NCBI GenBank assembly: GCA_001769505.1 | Contig: MEOF01000051.1 | Span: 8,737 to 72,736, forward strand | From: Bacteroidetes bacterium GWF2_33_38 | GTDB taxonomy: Bacteria > Bacteroidota > Bacteroidia > Bacteroidales > GWF2-33-38 | Direction of reading: 5' to 3' | Length of the DNA stretch: 64,000 nt | Shown: positions 32,949 through 42,654 of the stretch, in pieces | Position numbering within the stretch: the first letter of the stretch is position 1 | Layout: every line of letters begins with the position of its first letter | Notes under the pieces: model-generated | What the model saw: only the letters and a program-made list of their open reading frames with translations | Databases searched by the model: none | Told to the model about the DNA's origin: nothing | Program-made: the position numbers and the translations under genes

Positions 32949-35105
32949 TTATTCTTCTTTTTCTTCTGCTTCGTAAGTTTTAAGCAATTGTTCTTGAACA
33001 TCTCCAGGAACTGGAGCGTACTCAGAATAAGTCATCGAATACATTGCTCTACCAGCTGTAATTGAACTCAAAACGGTTGAATATTTATTCATCTCAGCCA
33101 ATGGAACTCTAGCGGTAATTTTTCCATACATACCTTCGCTACTCATGCCTTGAACAATTCCTCTTCTACCAGTAAGATCGCTCATTACGTCTCCCATATA
33201 ATCAGACGGAACGATAACTTCTACATCATAGATAGGCTCAAGAATTTTTGGTCCTGCAATTTTAAAGGCTTCTCTGAAAGCATTTCTTCCTGCAAGTCTA
33301 AACGAAATTTCGTTTGAATCAACAGGGTGCATTTTTCCATCATAAACAAAAACTTTAATATCTCGCGCATATGATCCAGTAAGCGGACCTTCTTCCATTT
33401 TTTCCATAATTCCTTTTAGAATTGCAGGTAAAAATCGAGCGTCAATCGAACCTCCAACGATGCAGTTGTAATAAACTAATTTACCACCCCACGACAAAAT
33501 ATGCTCTTCTTTATCTCTAATCGAAATTTTGTATTCTTTACCATTTATTTTATGCATTGTAGGGTCTGGAGCTCCTTCAATGAATGGTTCAATAATCATA
33601 TGGACTTCGCCAAATTGTCCAGCTCCACCTGATTGTTTTTTATGTCGATAATCGGCTTGTGCAACTTTTGTAATGGTTTCACGATAAGGAATTTTAGGAG
33701 CTATAAATTCAGTTGTAAGTTTAAACTTATTAACCAAATGCCATTTTAACATATTCAAATGGAATTCGCCTTGTCCGAACACTAGAATTTGTTTCAATTC
33801 TTTTGAATATTCTACCGAAATAGTTGGATCTTCAACATGCATTCTGTTTAATGCTTCTCCTAATTTTTCTTCGTCCCCTTCGCTTAATGTTTTTATTGCT
33901 GTTCTGAATTTTGGTTCAGGGAATTTGATTGCATCAAATTTGAATGAATTATTTGAAGCTGTTAACGTATGATTTAGCTTTGTGTTTTTAAGTTTTACGC
34001 TGGCACAAATATCTCCGGCAGAAACTTCTGTAACTTTATTTCTTATTTTTCCGGCAGATACATAAAGTTGAGAAAGTCTTTCTTTTGTTGATGTATTATA
34101 ATTTACCAAATCAATGCTCTCAGTAAGTTTACCAGAAATTACTTTAAAATAGTTAATCTCTCCAATATGTTCTTCGATAGATGTTTTGAAAACGAAAATC
34201 GCAGGACTTCCTTTGGAATCAACTTTTACTTCTGCACCTTCAGAATTTTTAATTGCAGGCATTTGCGAAGGGTTGGGGCCCGATGTTGTGATAAAATCCA
34301 TAATTCGAGAAATACCCATATTTTTCTTAGCGGATGCACAAAAAGCAGGATAAATATCTCCTTGTAGTAGTCCTTTTGCTAAGCCTTTAGCCATTTCCTC
34401 TTCGGTTAACGTTCCGTTTTCGAAAAAAAGTTCCATCAAAGTTTCGTCACTTTCTGCAGCTTTTTCAACAAGTTCGTTTAATAATTCGTCGGCTTTATCT
34501 TTTTCGCTGGCAGGAATTTCTGAAATTACTGGTTTTCCTCCATCAGCAGAATATGTGTACATTTTCATTGAAATTAAGTCAATAATTGACTTAAATCCCA
34601 AACCTGTTTCAACAGGATATTGTGCTAATACAAATTTACCTCCGATTCGTTCTTTTGCTTGTTCAACTGTTTTATCAAAATTTGCTTTGTCGCTATCTAA
34701 TTGATTTAAAGCAAAAAACAATGGGCGAGGACTGTTTTTCAAATATCTCATTTGAATTTCTGTACCAACCTCAATACCATTTTGGCAGTTTAATAACATT
34801 AAGCCCAAATCAGTAACATGTAATGCTGTAACAACACCTCCAATAAAATCATCAGCACCAGGAGGATCTATGATGTTAATTTTACAATTATTGTGTTCTG
34901 CACATAAAACAGAAGTAAAAACAGAGTTTCCATTCTCGTGTTCAATATCGTTATAATCTGAAACGGTATTTTTTGCCTCGACTTGACCTCTTCTGTCAAT
35001 AACTCCACCTTCAAACAACATAGCTTCGGAGAATGTTGTCTTTCCTGAGCGAGAATTCCCTAAAATAGCTATATTTCTAATCTGTTCCGTTGAGTAAGTT
35101 TTCAT
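32949..35105 (-). CDS. Elongation factor G paralog with divergent G domain
   Basis: 718 aa with EF-G domain order. G1 is GNSRSGKTT, G3 is DPPGADDF (no His after DxxG), and G4 is NQLD. Confidence 0.8.
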   Translation of the reverse strand: MKTYSTEQIRNIAILGNSRSGKTTFSEAMLFEGGVIDRRGQVEAKNTVSDYNDIEHENGNSVFTSVLCAEHNNCKINIIDPPGADDFIGGVVTALHVTDLGLMLLNCQNGIEVGTEIQMRYLKNSPRPLFFALNQLDSDKANFDKTVEQAKERIGGKFVLAQYPVETGLGFKSIIDLISMKMYTYSADGGKPVISEIPASEKDKADELLNELVEKAAESDETLMELFFENGTLTEEEMAKGLAKGLLQGDIYPAFCASAKKNMGISRIMDFITTSGPNPSQMPAIKNSEGAEVKVDSKGSPAIFVFKTSIEEHIGEINYFKVISGKLTESIDLVNYNTSTKERLSQLYVSAGKIRNKVTEVSAGDICASVKLKNTKLNHTLTASNNSFKFDAIKFPEPKFRTAIKTLSEGDEEKLGEALNRMHVEDPTISVEYSKELKQILVFGQGEFHLNMLKWHLVNKFKLTTEFIAPKIPYRETITKVAQADYRHKKQSGGAGQFGEVHMIIEPFIEGAPDPTMHKINGKEYKISIRDKEEHILSWGGKLVYYNCIVGGSIDARFLPAILKGIMEKMEEGPLTGSYARDIKVFVYDGKMHPVDSNEISFRLAGRNAFREAFKIAGPKILEPIYDVEVIVPSDYMGDVMSDLTGRRGIVQGMSSEGMYGKITARVPLAEMNKYSTVLSSITAGRAMYSMTYSEYAPVPGDVQEQLLKTYEAEEKEE

Positions 35106-35249
35106 ATTCGTTTTCTATGTTATTTATTGTTATTAATTTGCTTATAGTGATATATATAAAAGTGTGCAAAGGAAGTAATATTTTTTAAAAATATCAATTT
35201 TTGCGTGATAAATATGCAACCAAAACGTCTTTCTTATGTCTAAGTTTTG

Positions 35250-35257
35250 TAATTTTG
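35250..35257 (+). promoter_or_regulatory. Bacteroidota -7 box TAATTTTG (TAnnTTTG)
   Basis: Exact consensus match 27 nt upstream of ATG 35284. Confidence 0.4.
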
Positions 35258-35283
35258 AATTTATTAACTAAAAATAGATAATT

Positions 35284-36105
35284 ATGCTTAAAAAAATCGC
35301 TAAAATTGGAATCGTGTTGTTGGCATTATCAGTAATAATACCAACAGGTTGTAAAGATAAAGACCAACTACCTCCAGATTTACCACCAGATGGCTCTTTT
35401 GTTATGGATTTTTCTGACTTTGCAAGCAGCAATAAAAGCGCATTAAACATTACAGATTCAACAGACACAACTTATGGTAATTTTGCTTATTCGGTTATTA
35501 ATGTTGGTGTTTGGAATGCAATTATTACGGTAGGACTAGCTGTTCCGGTTGCTGCATTTGTTGAATCGTTTAATCACGAACCTGAGTTAAATGATGACGA
35601 TTGGTGGGTTTGGTCGTATAGTTTCGATGTTTGGGCTGCCACTTACACTGCAGAACTTCACGGGAAAGTAGAAAACAATAAAGTTAATTGGGAGATGTAT
35701 ATCTCAAAAACTGGATTTGGTGCATTTACCGATTTCTTGTGGTTTAAAGGAGAGTCTGATGTTGATAACACTTCAGGAGAATGGACTCTTTACAACAAAC
35801 CAACCGATGCATCTGAATTGTTAGAAATAACTTGGGAGGCTGCTAGTGATGGTTCTGCAGCAAACATAAAATATATGAATATTGTTCCCGATGGACCTGA
35901 AAATGGAGGATACATTCAGTATGGTAAAACAACTGATGTTAATTACGACGCTTTCTACGATATTTACAACAAAGGATTAGAGAATTACACAAAAATTACT
36001 TGGAACAGAAACACTAAAGCTGGAAAAGTTCAAGATAGTAATTTCTTTGCTGACGAAGATTGGCATTGTTGGGATACCGCATTTATTGATGTTGAATGTG
36101 AATAA
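35284..36105 (+). CDS. Hypothetical lipoprotein
   Basis: Lipobox IIPTGC. Acidic, Trp-rich mature part with no motif recognised. Confidence 0.6.
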   Translation: MLKKIAKIGIVLLALSVIIPTGCKDKDQLPPDLPPDGSFVMDFSDFASSNKSALNITDSTDTTYGNFAYSVINVGVWNAIITVGLAVPVAAFVESFNHEPELNDDDWWVWSYSFDVWAATYTAELHGKVENNKVNWEMYISKTGFGAFTDFLWFKGESDVDNTSGEWTLYNKPTDASELLEITWEAASDGSAANIKYMNIVPDGPENGGYIQYGKTTDVNYDAFYDIYNKGLENYTKITWNRNTKAGKVQDSNFFADEDWHCWDTAFIDVECE

Positions 36106-36120
36106 TAGCAACTTAATTAT

Positions 36121-36147
36121 AAAAAAAGGAACTTCGGTTCCTTTTTT
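36121..36147. terminator. Bidirectional terminator between convergent genes
   Basis: aaaaaaaggaac-ttcg-gttcctttttt. It overlaps the stop codon of the minus-strand gene. Confidence 0.8.
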
Positions 36148-38401
36148 ATTTTTGCACTGCATTATGATTTGAATTTCCTCCCCACATATTCCATCCTGTA
36201 TTATTCTTGTCTTTGGTATCAATTTTAATCATCTTTCCGTTTTTGCTTCCTGAATAAATAGCTCCATTATAAACAGTTGGCGAAATCCAAAGTTCATTTC
36301 CTGTATCATATTCTTTATGAATTTTCCCCGTTTGAGAATCAAAAAGTTTAATTTTACCATCTGAAGTACAGATGATTATTTTCCCATTTACAACAACCGG
36401 AGTACTTGCATTAAATTTGTTGTTTTCAGAATTGGTAATATTGCTCGACCAAACAATTTCACCTGTTTCAGCATCTGAGCAAATTAGCCTTTTTCCCAAA
36501 GTCAGATAATTGAATCCATGATAATGAACAATTCTATTCTCATCATAATTCATTTTTGAAGCCGCAGAAAGACTTTTAATATTTGTATTCCACAACTTAC
36601 TTATAGAAGGTATTTTCTTTTCTATTTCTAATGTTTTTGCATCAATAATATTTAACATCGTTTTATTATCTTGATTAAACGTGTTGATGTAAATTCGATT
36701 ATCAACGATAGTTGGAGTAGATATTGCATGAATATTTTTGTGCGAAATATCACTTCCATTTGTAGCGTCGAAACTATACAACGCACCTGAATAAGTTGTT
36801 AAGTAAACAATATTTTCAGAAATAACTGGAGCTCCAAGAACCTCATAATCAATCCAATTCTGCCAAAGAATATCTCCTGTTTTCAACGAAAAACATACCA
36901 ACACAAAGTTATTTGTCTCTTTACTGGAATCATAATCTAATTGAGCGGGATAAACGGAATAAACCTTTCCTTCAAAAACTGAGGGAGTAGAATAAATTAC
37001 TGGTCCAAGCCATTTCGACCATAACAACTCTCCATTAGATGCTTTTATAGCATATAAAGTGCACGAGTAGGTATTTACAAATAACACATCGCTATCGTAC
37101 ACAACTGATGAAATGCCACTTTCTTGCAGGCTAACACCCCACGAAAATTGACCTGTATTTGCATCGAAACACATTAATTCCGGATTATAAAAACTGCTTC
37201 CGATATATATTTTGTCGTTAACAACAGCTGGTGAAAAAACTTCTGAACTATCCGACATTGCAAGGTTAAAACCATTTTCTGTTTTTTCGAGATAATCGTA
37301 ATCTATACTGTATGGTTTTATTCCAATATGCATAAATTCTGTGAAAAATCCATTTTTATCTCTTTTGCTTTGATCGTAATAATCTTCAATTTGTTTCGAG
37401 CCACGATAAGCAAAATTTCCTTCAACTTGAATCATGCCTCTTAAATTTCTATTGTCAAATAACTTAACCCCTCTTTCGTATTTGAAGTTTAAAATATATC
37501 GATAACCTTTTGGGAGTAATAATTTTGCTGTGCCTTTTTCATTGGTTACGGTCGCAAAAACTAATGATGAATCCTCAATTTGATAAAACACATCTTCGTT
37601 TTCCAACGGATTCCCCGAGAAATCTCTTACATTAACTGTAACGAATGCCCTATCACTAGTAGGAGCGTAAATTTCTTTTGAATCTTGTCGAATTGTATCG
37701 GGAGACACTTTTTCAACTATTTCAGTTGGGATAAACTCAACTGTTTTTCTCAAAACCATACTTCTTTCAGAGTCTAATTTAATATAATCGTACGCTATGT
37801 GATTTGACACATCTACCTCATAATTTCTGTTATTAGGAACTAAAAAACGAGCTTCTCCATACAAGTCGGTTTTTGAAACATACTGTTTTTTATCTTTTAT
37901 GCAAGTTAAAGCGACATCGTATTTAATTAATGGTTTATCGTTTAAGGATATTAGCTTGAGTCGAATGACAGATTTTCCGTTTTCGGGCAATTTACTTGGC
38001 GACACGTTTGAATTAATAATTTCAAAACTTAAATTCGTTCTATCCTCAATAATTTTTTCTATATTTTTCTCATCAGGAACATAAACTAAGGATAATTTGT
38101 GATTCGAACCCCCGTTTTCAGGAACTGTAAATGTTGTATGATTTCTGATTTCTTTATAATTAAGGCTCCAAGTTTTTCCTTTATCAAGTTTAAACAATAC
38201 ACTTCCTAAGAGGTCGGTTTTATATGATAAACTATCGTGAGTTGAATTTTCAATTAACCAGATATCTGTGAACGATAATGGACTTCCGTCGATATTTTTC
38301 AAGCTTAAATCCACGTTAAGAAATCCTTGAGAAAAAGAATATGACGTAGTTATTATAAGATAAAGCAATAGTGATAAAATTTGCAGTTTCATATTAATCA
38401 A
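36146..38401 (-). CDS. Exported protein with N-terminal Ig/carboxypeptidase-regulatory-like repeats and a C-terminal PQQ-like (BamB-type) beta-propeller
   Basis: Signal peptide plus repeated motifs LYAIKASNGELLWSKW, FSLKTGDILWQNW, ICSDAETGEIVWSS and KLFDSQTGKIHKEY. Confidence 0.65.
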   Translation of the reverse strand: MINMKLQILSLLLYLIITTSYSFSQGFLNVDLSLKNIDGSPLSFTDIWLIENSTHDSLSYKTDLLGSVLFKLDKGKTWSLNYKEIRNHTTFTVPENGGSNHKLSLVYVPDEKNIEKIIEDRTNLSFEIINSNVSPSKLPENGKSVIRLKLISLNDKPLIKYDVALTCIKDKKQYVSKTDLYGEARFLVPNNRNYEVDVSNHIAYDYIKLDSERSMVLRKTVEFIPTEIVEKVSPDTIRQDSKEIYAPTSDRAFVTVNVRDFSGNPLENEDVFYQIEDSSLVFATVTNEKGTAKLLLPKGYRYILNFKYERGVKLFDNRNLRGMIQVEGNFAYRGSKQIEDYYDQSKRDKNGFFTEFMHIGIKPYSIDYDYLEKTENGFNLAMSDSSEVFSPAVVNDKIYIGSSFYNPELMCFDANTGQFSWGVSLQESGISSVVYDSDVLFVNTYSCTLYAIKASNGELLWSKWLGPVIYSTPSVFEGKVYSVYPAQLDYDSSKETNNFVLVCFSLKTGDILWQNWIDYEVLGAPVISENIVYLTTYSGALYSFDATNGSDISHKNIHAISTPTIVDNRIYINTFNQDNKTMLNIIDAKTLEIEKKIPSISKLWNTNIKSLSAASKMNYDENRIVHYHGFNYLTLGKRLICSDAETGEIVWSSNITNSENNKFNASTPVVVNGKIIICTSDGKIKLFDSQTGKIHKEYDTGNELWISPTVYNGAIYSGSKNGKMIKIDTKDKNNTGWNMWGGNSNHNAVQK

Positions 38402-38433
38402 TTTTTAATAGAACGAAAAAAGAAACCGTTAAA

Positions 38434-39735
38434 TTATCTTATATTCGAATTTACGATTTGAAAGCCAATAAGCCTCTCGTACCTATCAGAAATATCTTTA
38501 TAGTAAACAAGAATATGATATTCATTTTCGGTTTCATAATGGCTACCTTCAATCAGAGATAAGTCAGCAAAGTCTGTCCCGTTTTCGAGATATGCATATG
38601 CATAATTGTAGTAGCCTTGCTTCAATAACAACGATATTTCGTACGCATGACTTTCGAAATTATATTGCATTCGATTTTTTGCATTCATTTGCCAATCGGT
38701 CAACGCTCCGTACAAATATATATTTCCAGTTACGAAGGGGATTTCATAAGGTAATCTAAAATGTACCATAACATAATCTGCTTCGACTTCGCTATCGTCG
38801 CCTTCGGTTATTTTCACCAAGTATTTCCCATTGATATCGTTCTCGAAAAAATATTGTGCATGAGTTTTTGCTAAATCTTCTTTTATTCCAACATGGTAAA
38901 GAGGTTCAATAAATTGAATTCCTCCAATATTTTCAGATTGGTAACGAATGCTTTTCATATCAAAATTTCTGAATTCGTTGTTTGCACTAAATAAATTCCC
39001 CTCATCGTATTCGTAAATCAATTCGTTTGTATTTACAAATTGTGGTTTGAGGTTTGTAATCAAGCCATCTGGACGACCATTCTGACTAATCGTAACTTTT
39101 ATATCGTTGTACGGATTATTAATATTTAAAGAACCTGTTTCTATCTTAAAATCAATTTCGTGACTTGTATTTCGTTCGTTAATATCAGTAGCTTGTTTGC
39201 AAATAGCATTGACATGAACCTTGTTTTCGACACAATAAAATCGGCGAGTAAAAACAATATTTTCGGGATTATTGTCTTCGTAAACTTGTATAATGTAATT
39301 GCCAGATTTTAAAATCTGAACTTGTTCATTCGGAATAAAAAGATTGTAATGAACATAAGCGATCAACGTGTTTATTGAGAATTTATAATCATTTACCTCG
39401 TTTTCTTCAAACCCGCTCATGTAATCAGAATAAAACAAATTTGAAGATTCCCATTCGGAATTGCAATGAATTATTTTGTAATAATAATTCTTAACATTAT
39501 TATTGATATCATCGAAGCTAAGTTTTAATGTATCGTTATTATCTATAACCATTAAAGGACGAGAAAGCTCCCATTGTTTATTATATAATAATACTGATTG
39601 TATCGACTCCTTAAAAGTTTCATCTTTATATACCATGCTTGAGGAATTGATATTCTGAGCATCTGCAAATAGCGTTTTTAGCATAAATACAAGACAAAAA
39701 TATATTTTAGTACTATTAACTATTAAACTCTGCAT
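38434..39735 (-). CDS. DUF5103-like protein (family linked to the T9SS plug protein, from memory)
   Basis: 433 aa with a signal peptide. The YYYKIIHCNSEWESSNLFYSDYMSGF block resembles the DUF5103 signature as I recall it. Confidence 0.5.
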   Translation of the reverse strand: MQSLIVNSTKIYFCLVFMLKTLFADAQNINSSSMVYKDETFKESIQSVLLYNKQWELSRPLMVIDNNDTLKLSFDDINNNVKNYYYKIIHCNSEWESSNLFYSDYMSGFEENEVNDYKFSINTLIAYVHYNLFIPNEQVQILKSGNYIIQVYEDNNPENIVFTRRFYCVENKVHVNAICKQATDINERNTSHEIDFKIETGSLNINNPYNDIKVTISQNGRPDGLITNLKPQFVNTNELIYEYDEGNLFSANNEFRNFDMKSIRYQSENIGGIQFIEPLYHVGIKEDLAKTHAQYFFENDINGKYLVKITEGDDSEVEADYVMVHFRLPYEIPFVTGNIYLYGALTDWQMNAKNRMQYNFESHAYEISLLLKQGYYNYAYAYLENGTDFADLSLIEGSHYETENEYHILVYYKDISDRYERLIGFQIVNSNIR

Positions 39736-39797
39736 TTATTTATATATATAAATGTATATTTTTTTATAAAACATTATTAAAACGAAATAAAATTACA

Positions 39798-39805
39798 TAA
39801 ATTTG
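39798..39805 (+). promoter_or_regulatory. Bacteroidota -7 box TAAATTTG upstream of nqrA
   Basis: Exact TAnnTTTG match 31 nt upstream of ATG 39836. Confidence 0.4.
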
Positions 39806-39835
39806 CCGTAAAAATAACAAATATATACTTGTCTG

Positions 39836-41188
39836 ATGTCGAAAGTAATAAAATTACGTAAAGGATTAAATATCAGAATCGCAGGGGGCGCAGAGAAAAT
39901 ATTTATTAAACCTAATCAAGCTGAATATTTTGCAATAAAACCAACTGATTTTCATGGTTTAACTCCTAAAATGCTTGTGAAAGAAGGCGAATTAGTTAAA
40001 GCAGGGACAGCTTTGTTTCACGATAAAAACACGCCAGAAATATTATTCACATCTCCTGTCAGCGGAACAGTAAAAGAAATTATAAGAGGAGAGCGAAGAC
40101 AAATTCTTGAAGTAATAATAAAAGCTGATATTGAGCATGAATATGAGCTTTTTACACATGGAGACCCCAAAAATTTGTCAAAAGATCAAGTTATTGAAAA
40201 TCTATTAAAAAGTGGACTTTGGCCTTTAATCATTCAACGCCCTTATGGGATTGTTGCAAATCCTAACGACACTCCAAAATCTATTTTTATATCAGCCTTT
40301 GATTCTGCTCCCTTAGCCCCCGACTTAGATTTTACGATTCAAGACGATGCAAAAGAATTTCAAATTGGAATTAATGCATTGTCTAAACTTACATCGGGAA
40401 AAATACATTTAAACATTAATGCAGAATTTAATCCTTCAAAAGTTTTTATTAACACCGAAGGCGTTCAACTAAATAGCATAATCGGACCACATCCTGCTGG
40501 AAACGTTGGCGTTCAAATACATCATATCGACCCAATTAACAAGGGCGATGTTGTTTGGACGCTAAACCCCCAAGATGTTGTTGCTATAGGACGATTATTT
40601 TCAAAAGGAATTTACGATGCATCTAGAATTGTTGCCTTAACCGGCTCAGAAGTTAAAGAAAGACGGTACTATAAAGTAATGATTGGATCTCAAGTTACAG
40701 AATTAATTAAAAACAATTTAGAACAAGAAAATGTTCGAATTATTTCGGGAAATGTTTTAACCGGAACTCAAATTTCGGAAAAAGGATTTTTAGGATTTCA
40801 CGACACACAATTAACTGTAATTCCGGAAGGAAATCATTACGAATTTTTAGGTTGGGCTTTGCCCGGAATGAATAAATTTTCGGCATCGAAAACATTTTTT
40901 TCGTCATTATTTCCAAAAAAAGAATACAAATTAGATACAAATTACAATGGTGCCGAACGTGCTTTTGTAATGACAGGTCAATACGAAAAAGTAGTTCCAA
41001 TGGACATTTTGCCACAACATTTGGTAAAAGCAATTATGGTTGAAGATATTGATAAAATGGAACAACTTGGAATTTACGAAGTTATTGAAGAAGATTTAGC
41101 TTTGTGCGAATATGTTTGCACATCAAAAATTGAAGTTCAAAAAATTCTTCGCAACGGATTAAATTTAATGAAAAAAGAAATGAGTTAA
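39836..41188 (+). CDS. nqrA: Na+-translocating NADH:quinone oxidoreductase subunit A
   Basis: 450 aa with N-terminus IKLRKGLNIRIAGGAEK. First gene of a collinear nqrA-F set. Confidence 0.9.
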   Translation: MSKVIKLRKGLNIRIAGGAEKIFIKPNQAEYFAIKPTDFHGLTPKMLVKEGELVKAGTALFHDKNTPEILFTSPVSGTVKEIIRGERRQILEVIIKADIEHEYELFTHGDPKNLSKDQVIENLLKSGLWPLIIQRPYGIVANPNDTPKSIFISAFDSAPLAPDLDFTIQDDAKEFQIGINALSKLTSGKIHLNINAEFNPSKVFINTEGVQLNSIIGPHPAGNVGVQIHHIDPINKGDVVWTLNPQDVVAIGRLFSKGIYDASRIVALTGSEVKERRYYKVMIGSQVTELIKNNLEQENVRIISGNVLTGTQISEKGFLGFHDTQLTVIPEGNHYEFLGWALPGMNKFSASKTFFSSLFPKKEYKLDTNYNGAERAFVMTGQYEKVVPMDILPQHLVKAIMVEDIDKMEQLGIYEVIEEDLALCEYVCTSKIEVQKILRNGLNLMKKEMS

Positions 41189-41194
41189 TTAATG

Positions 41195-41365
41195 TGATAA
41201 TTTGGTAATGTGCTAATTTGGTAATTTGAAGAAAGAATTCAGAAGAGAAAATTTGGTAATTAGATAATATGCTAATGTGCTAATTGATTTTAGATTGAAG
41301 ATTACAAATTGATTTATTTATTGGGCTGTTTATTGCTAATTACTAATTGAAAATTACTAATTGCA
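41195..41365. repeat. Low-complexity repeat tract (aatttggtaat x3, gtgctaatt x2, ctaatt x4)
   Basis: Read directly in the nqrA-nqrB spacer. Confidence 0.7.
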
Positions 41366-41368
41366 ATT

Positions 41369-41431
41369 GAACTTTATAAACTTTACGGACTTTACAAACT
41401 TTAAAAACTTGATAAACTTTACGAACTTACA
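41369..41431 (+). repeat. Seven tandem 9-bp units (gaactttat aaactttac ggactttac aaactttaa aaacttgat aaactttac gaacttaca)
   Basis: Exact 9-nt period. The array ends 5 nt before the nqrB ATG and belongs to the same family as 1548-1601. Confidence 0.9.
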
Positions 41432-41436
41432 AAAAG

Positions 41437-42594
41437 ATGGATTTTTTAAGAAAATATTTAGATAAAATAAAGCCAAACTTCGAAGAAGGAGGCAAATTTT
41501 CAAAACTTCGTTCAACTTTCGATGCTTTTGAAACATTTTTATTTGTTCCAAACAAAGTAACCAATCGTGGAGCACACGTGCGTGATAGCATTGATTTGAA
41601 ACGAACAATGTCTATTGTTGTAATTTCATTAATTCCAGCACTTTTGTTTGGAATTTGGAATGTTGGATTTCAACATTTTCGTGCAATTGGCGAAACTGTC
41701 GGATTTTGGGAAATGTCGTGGTTTGGATTTTTAAAAGTATTTCCAATCATTGTAGTTTCCTATGTTTCGGGTTTGGGCGTAGAATTTATTTTTGCACAAA
41801 TTCGCAAACACGAAGTAAACGAAGGATTTTTGGTTTCGGGAATGTTAATTCCTATGATTATGCCAGTTGATGTTCCACTTTGGATGGTTGCAGTTGCAAC
41901 AATTTTTGCAGTAATTATTGGAAAAGAAGTTTTTGGCGGAACAGGAATGAACATTTTTAATCCAGCATTGTTGGCAAGAGCGTTTATATTTTTCGCATAT
42001 CCATCAAAAATGTCGGGAGATTTTGTTTGGATTTCAGGCTTAAGCGATACATCAACCAAAGTAGTTGACGGTTTTTCGGGAGCAACACCATTGGCACTTG
42101 CAGCTCAAAATCAATTCGAAAAAATTCCATCGTTAATGGAAATGTTTATTGGAACAATTCCCGGTTCAATTGGCGAAACTTCAAAATTGGCAATTTTAAT
42201 TGGAGCCGCAATTCTAATCATTACAGGAATTGCAAGTTTACGCATAATGCTTTCGGCAATTGTTGGAGCAGTTTTAATGATTTTGACATTTAATTTAGTT
42301 GGAGCAAATCAATATATGATGGTTTCGCCATTGCAACAATTAATGATGGGCGGATTTTTATTTGGCGTTGTTTTTATGGCAACCGACCCAGTTTCATCAA
42401 CACAAACAGCAACCGGAAAAATAATTTATGGATTTTTGATTGGCGTTATGTCGATGTTAATTCGTGTTGTAAATCCAGCATATCCCGAAGGAATGATGTT
42501 AGCAATTTTACTTTTAAATTCATTTGCTCCATTAATCGATTATTATGTAGTTCAAGCAAACGTAAATCGAAGATTAAAAAGAACTGCAAAATAA
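41437..42594 (+). CDS. nqrB: Na+-translocating NADH:quinone oxidoreductase subunit B
   Basis: 385 aa, polytopic, with the FMN-attachment context FSGATPL. Confidence 0.9.
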   Translation: MDFLRKYLDKIKPNFEEGGKFSKLRSTFDAFETFLFVPNKVTNRGAHVRDSIDLKRTMSIVVISLIPALLFGIWNVGFQHFRAIGETVGFWEMSWFGFLKVFPIIVVSYVSGLGVEFIFAQIRKHEVNEGFLVSGMLIPMIMPVDVPLWMVAVATIFAVIIGKEVFGGTGMNIFNPALLARAFIFFAYPSKMSGDFVWISGLSDTSTKVVDGFSGATPLALAAQNQFEKIPSLMEMFIGTIPGSIGETSKLAILIGAAILIITGIASLRIMLSAIVGAVLMILTFNLVGANQYMMVSPLQQLMMGGFLFGVVFMATDPVSSTQTATGKIIYGFLIGVMSMLIRVVNPAYPEGMMLAILLLNSFAPLIDYYVVQANVNRRLKRTAK

Positions 42595-42654
42595 ATGTAA
42601 CAACAATGGGATTAATCCCATTGTCAAAAATTGATTTTATAAAAACATAAAAAT

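Noticed and set aside
35268-35468. A 66-aa minus-strand ORF overlapping the lipoprotein gene start.
   Set aside because: The plus-strand ORF has a proper signal peptide and lipobox, and a TAnnTTTG box at the right distance.
41357-41608. An 83-aa minus-strand ORF ending KFVKFIKFLKFVKSVKFIKFNCN.
   Set aside because: It is an artefact of translating the 9-mer array in antisense, and it overlaps the genuine nqrB start.
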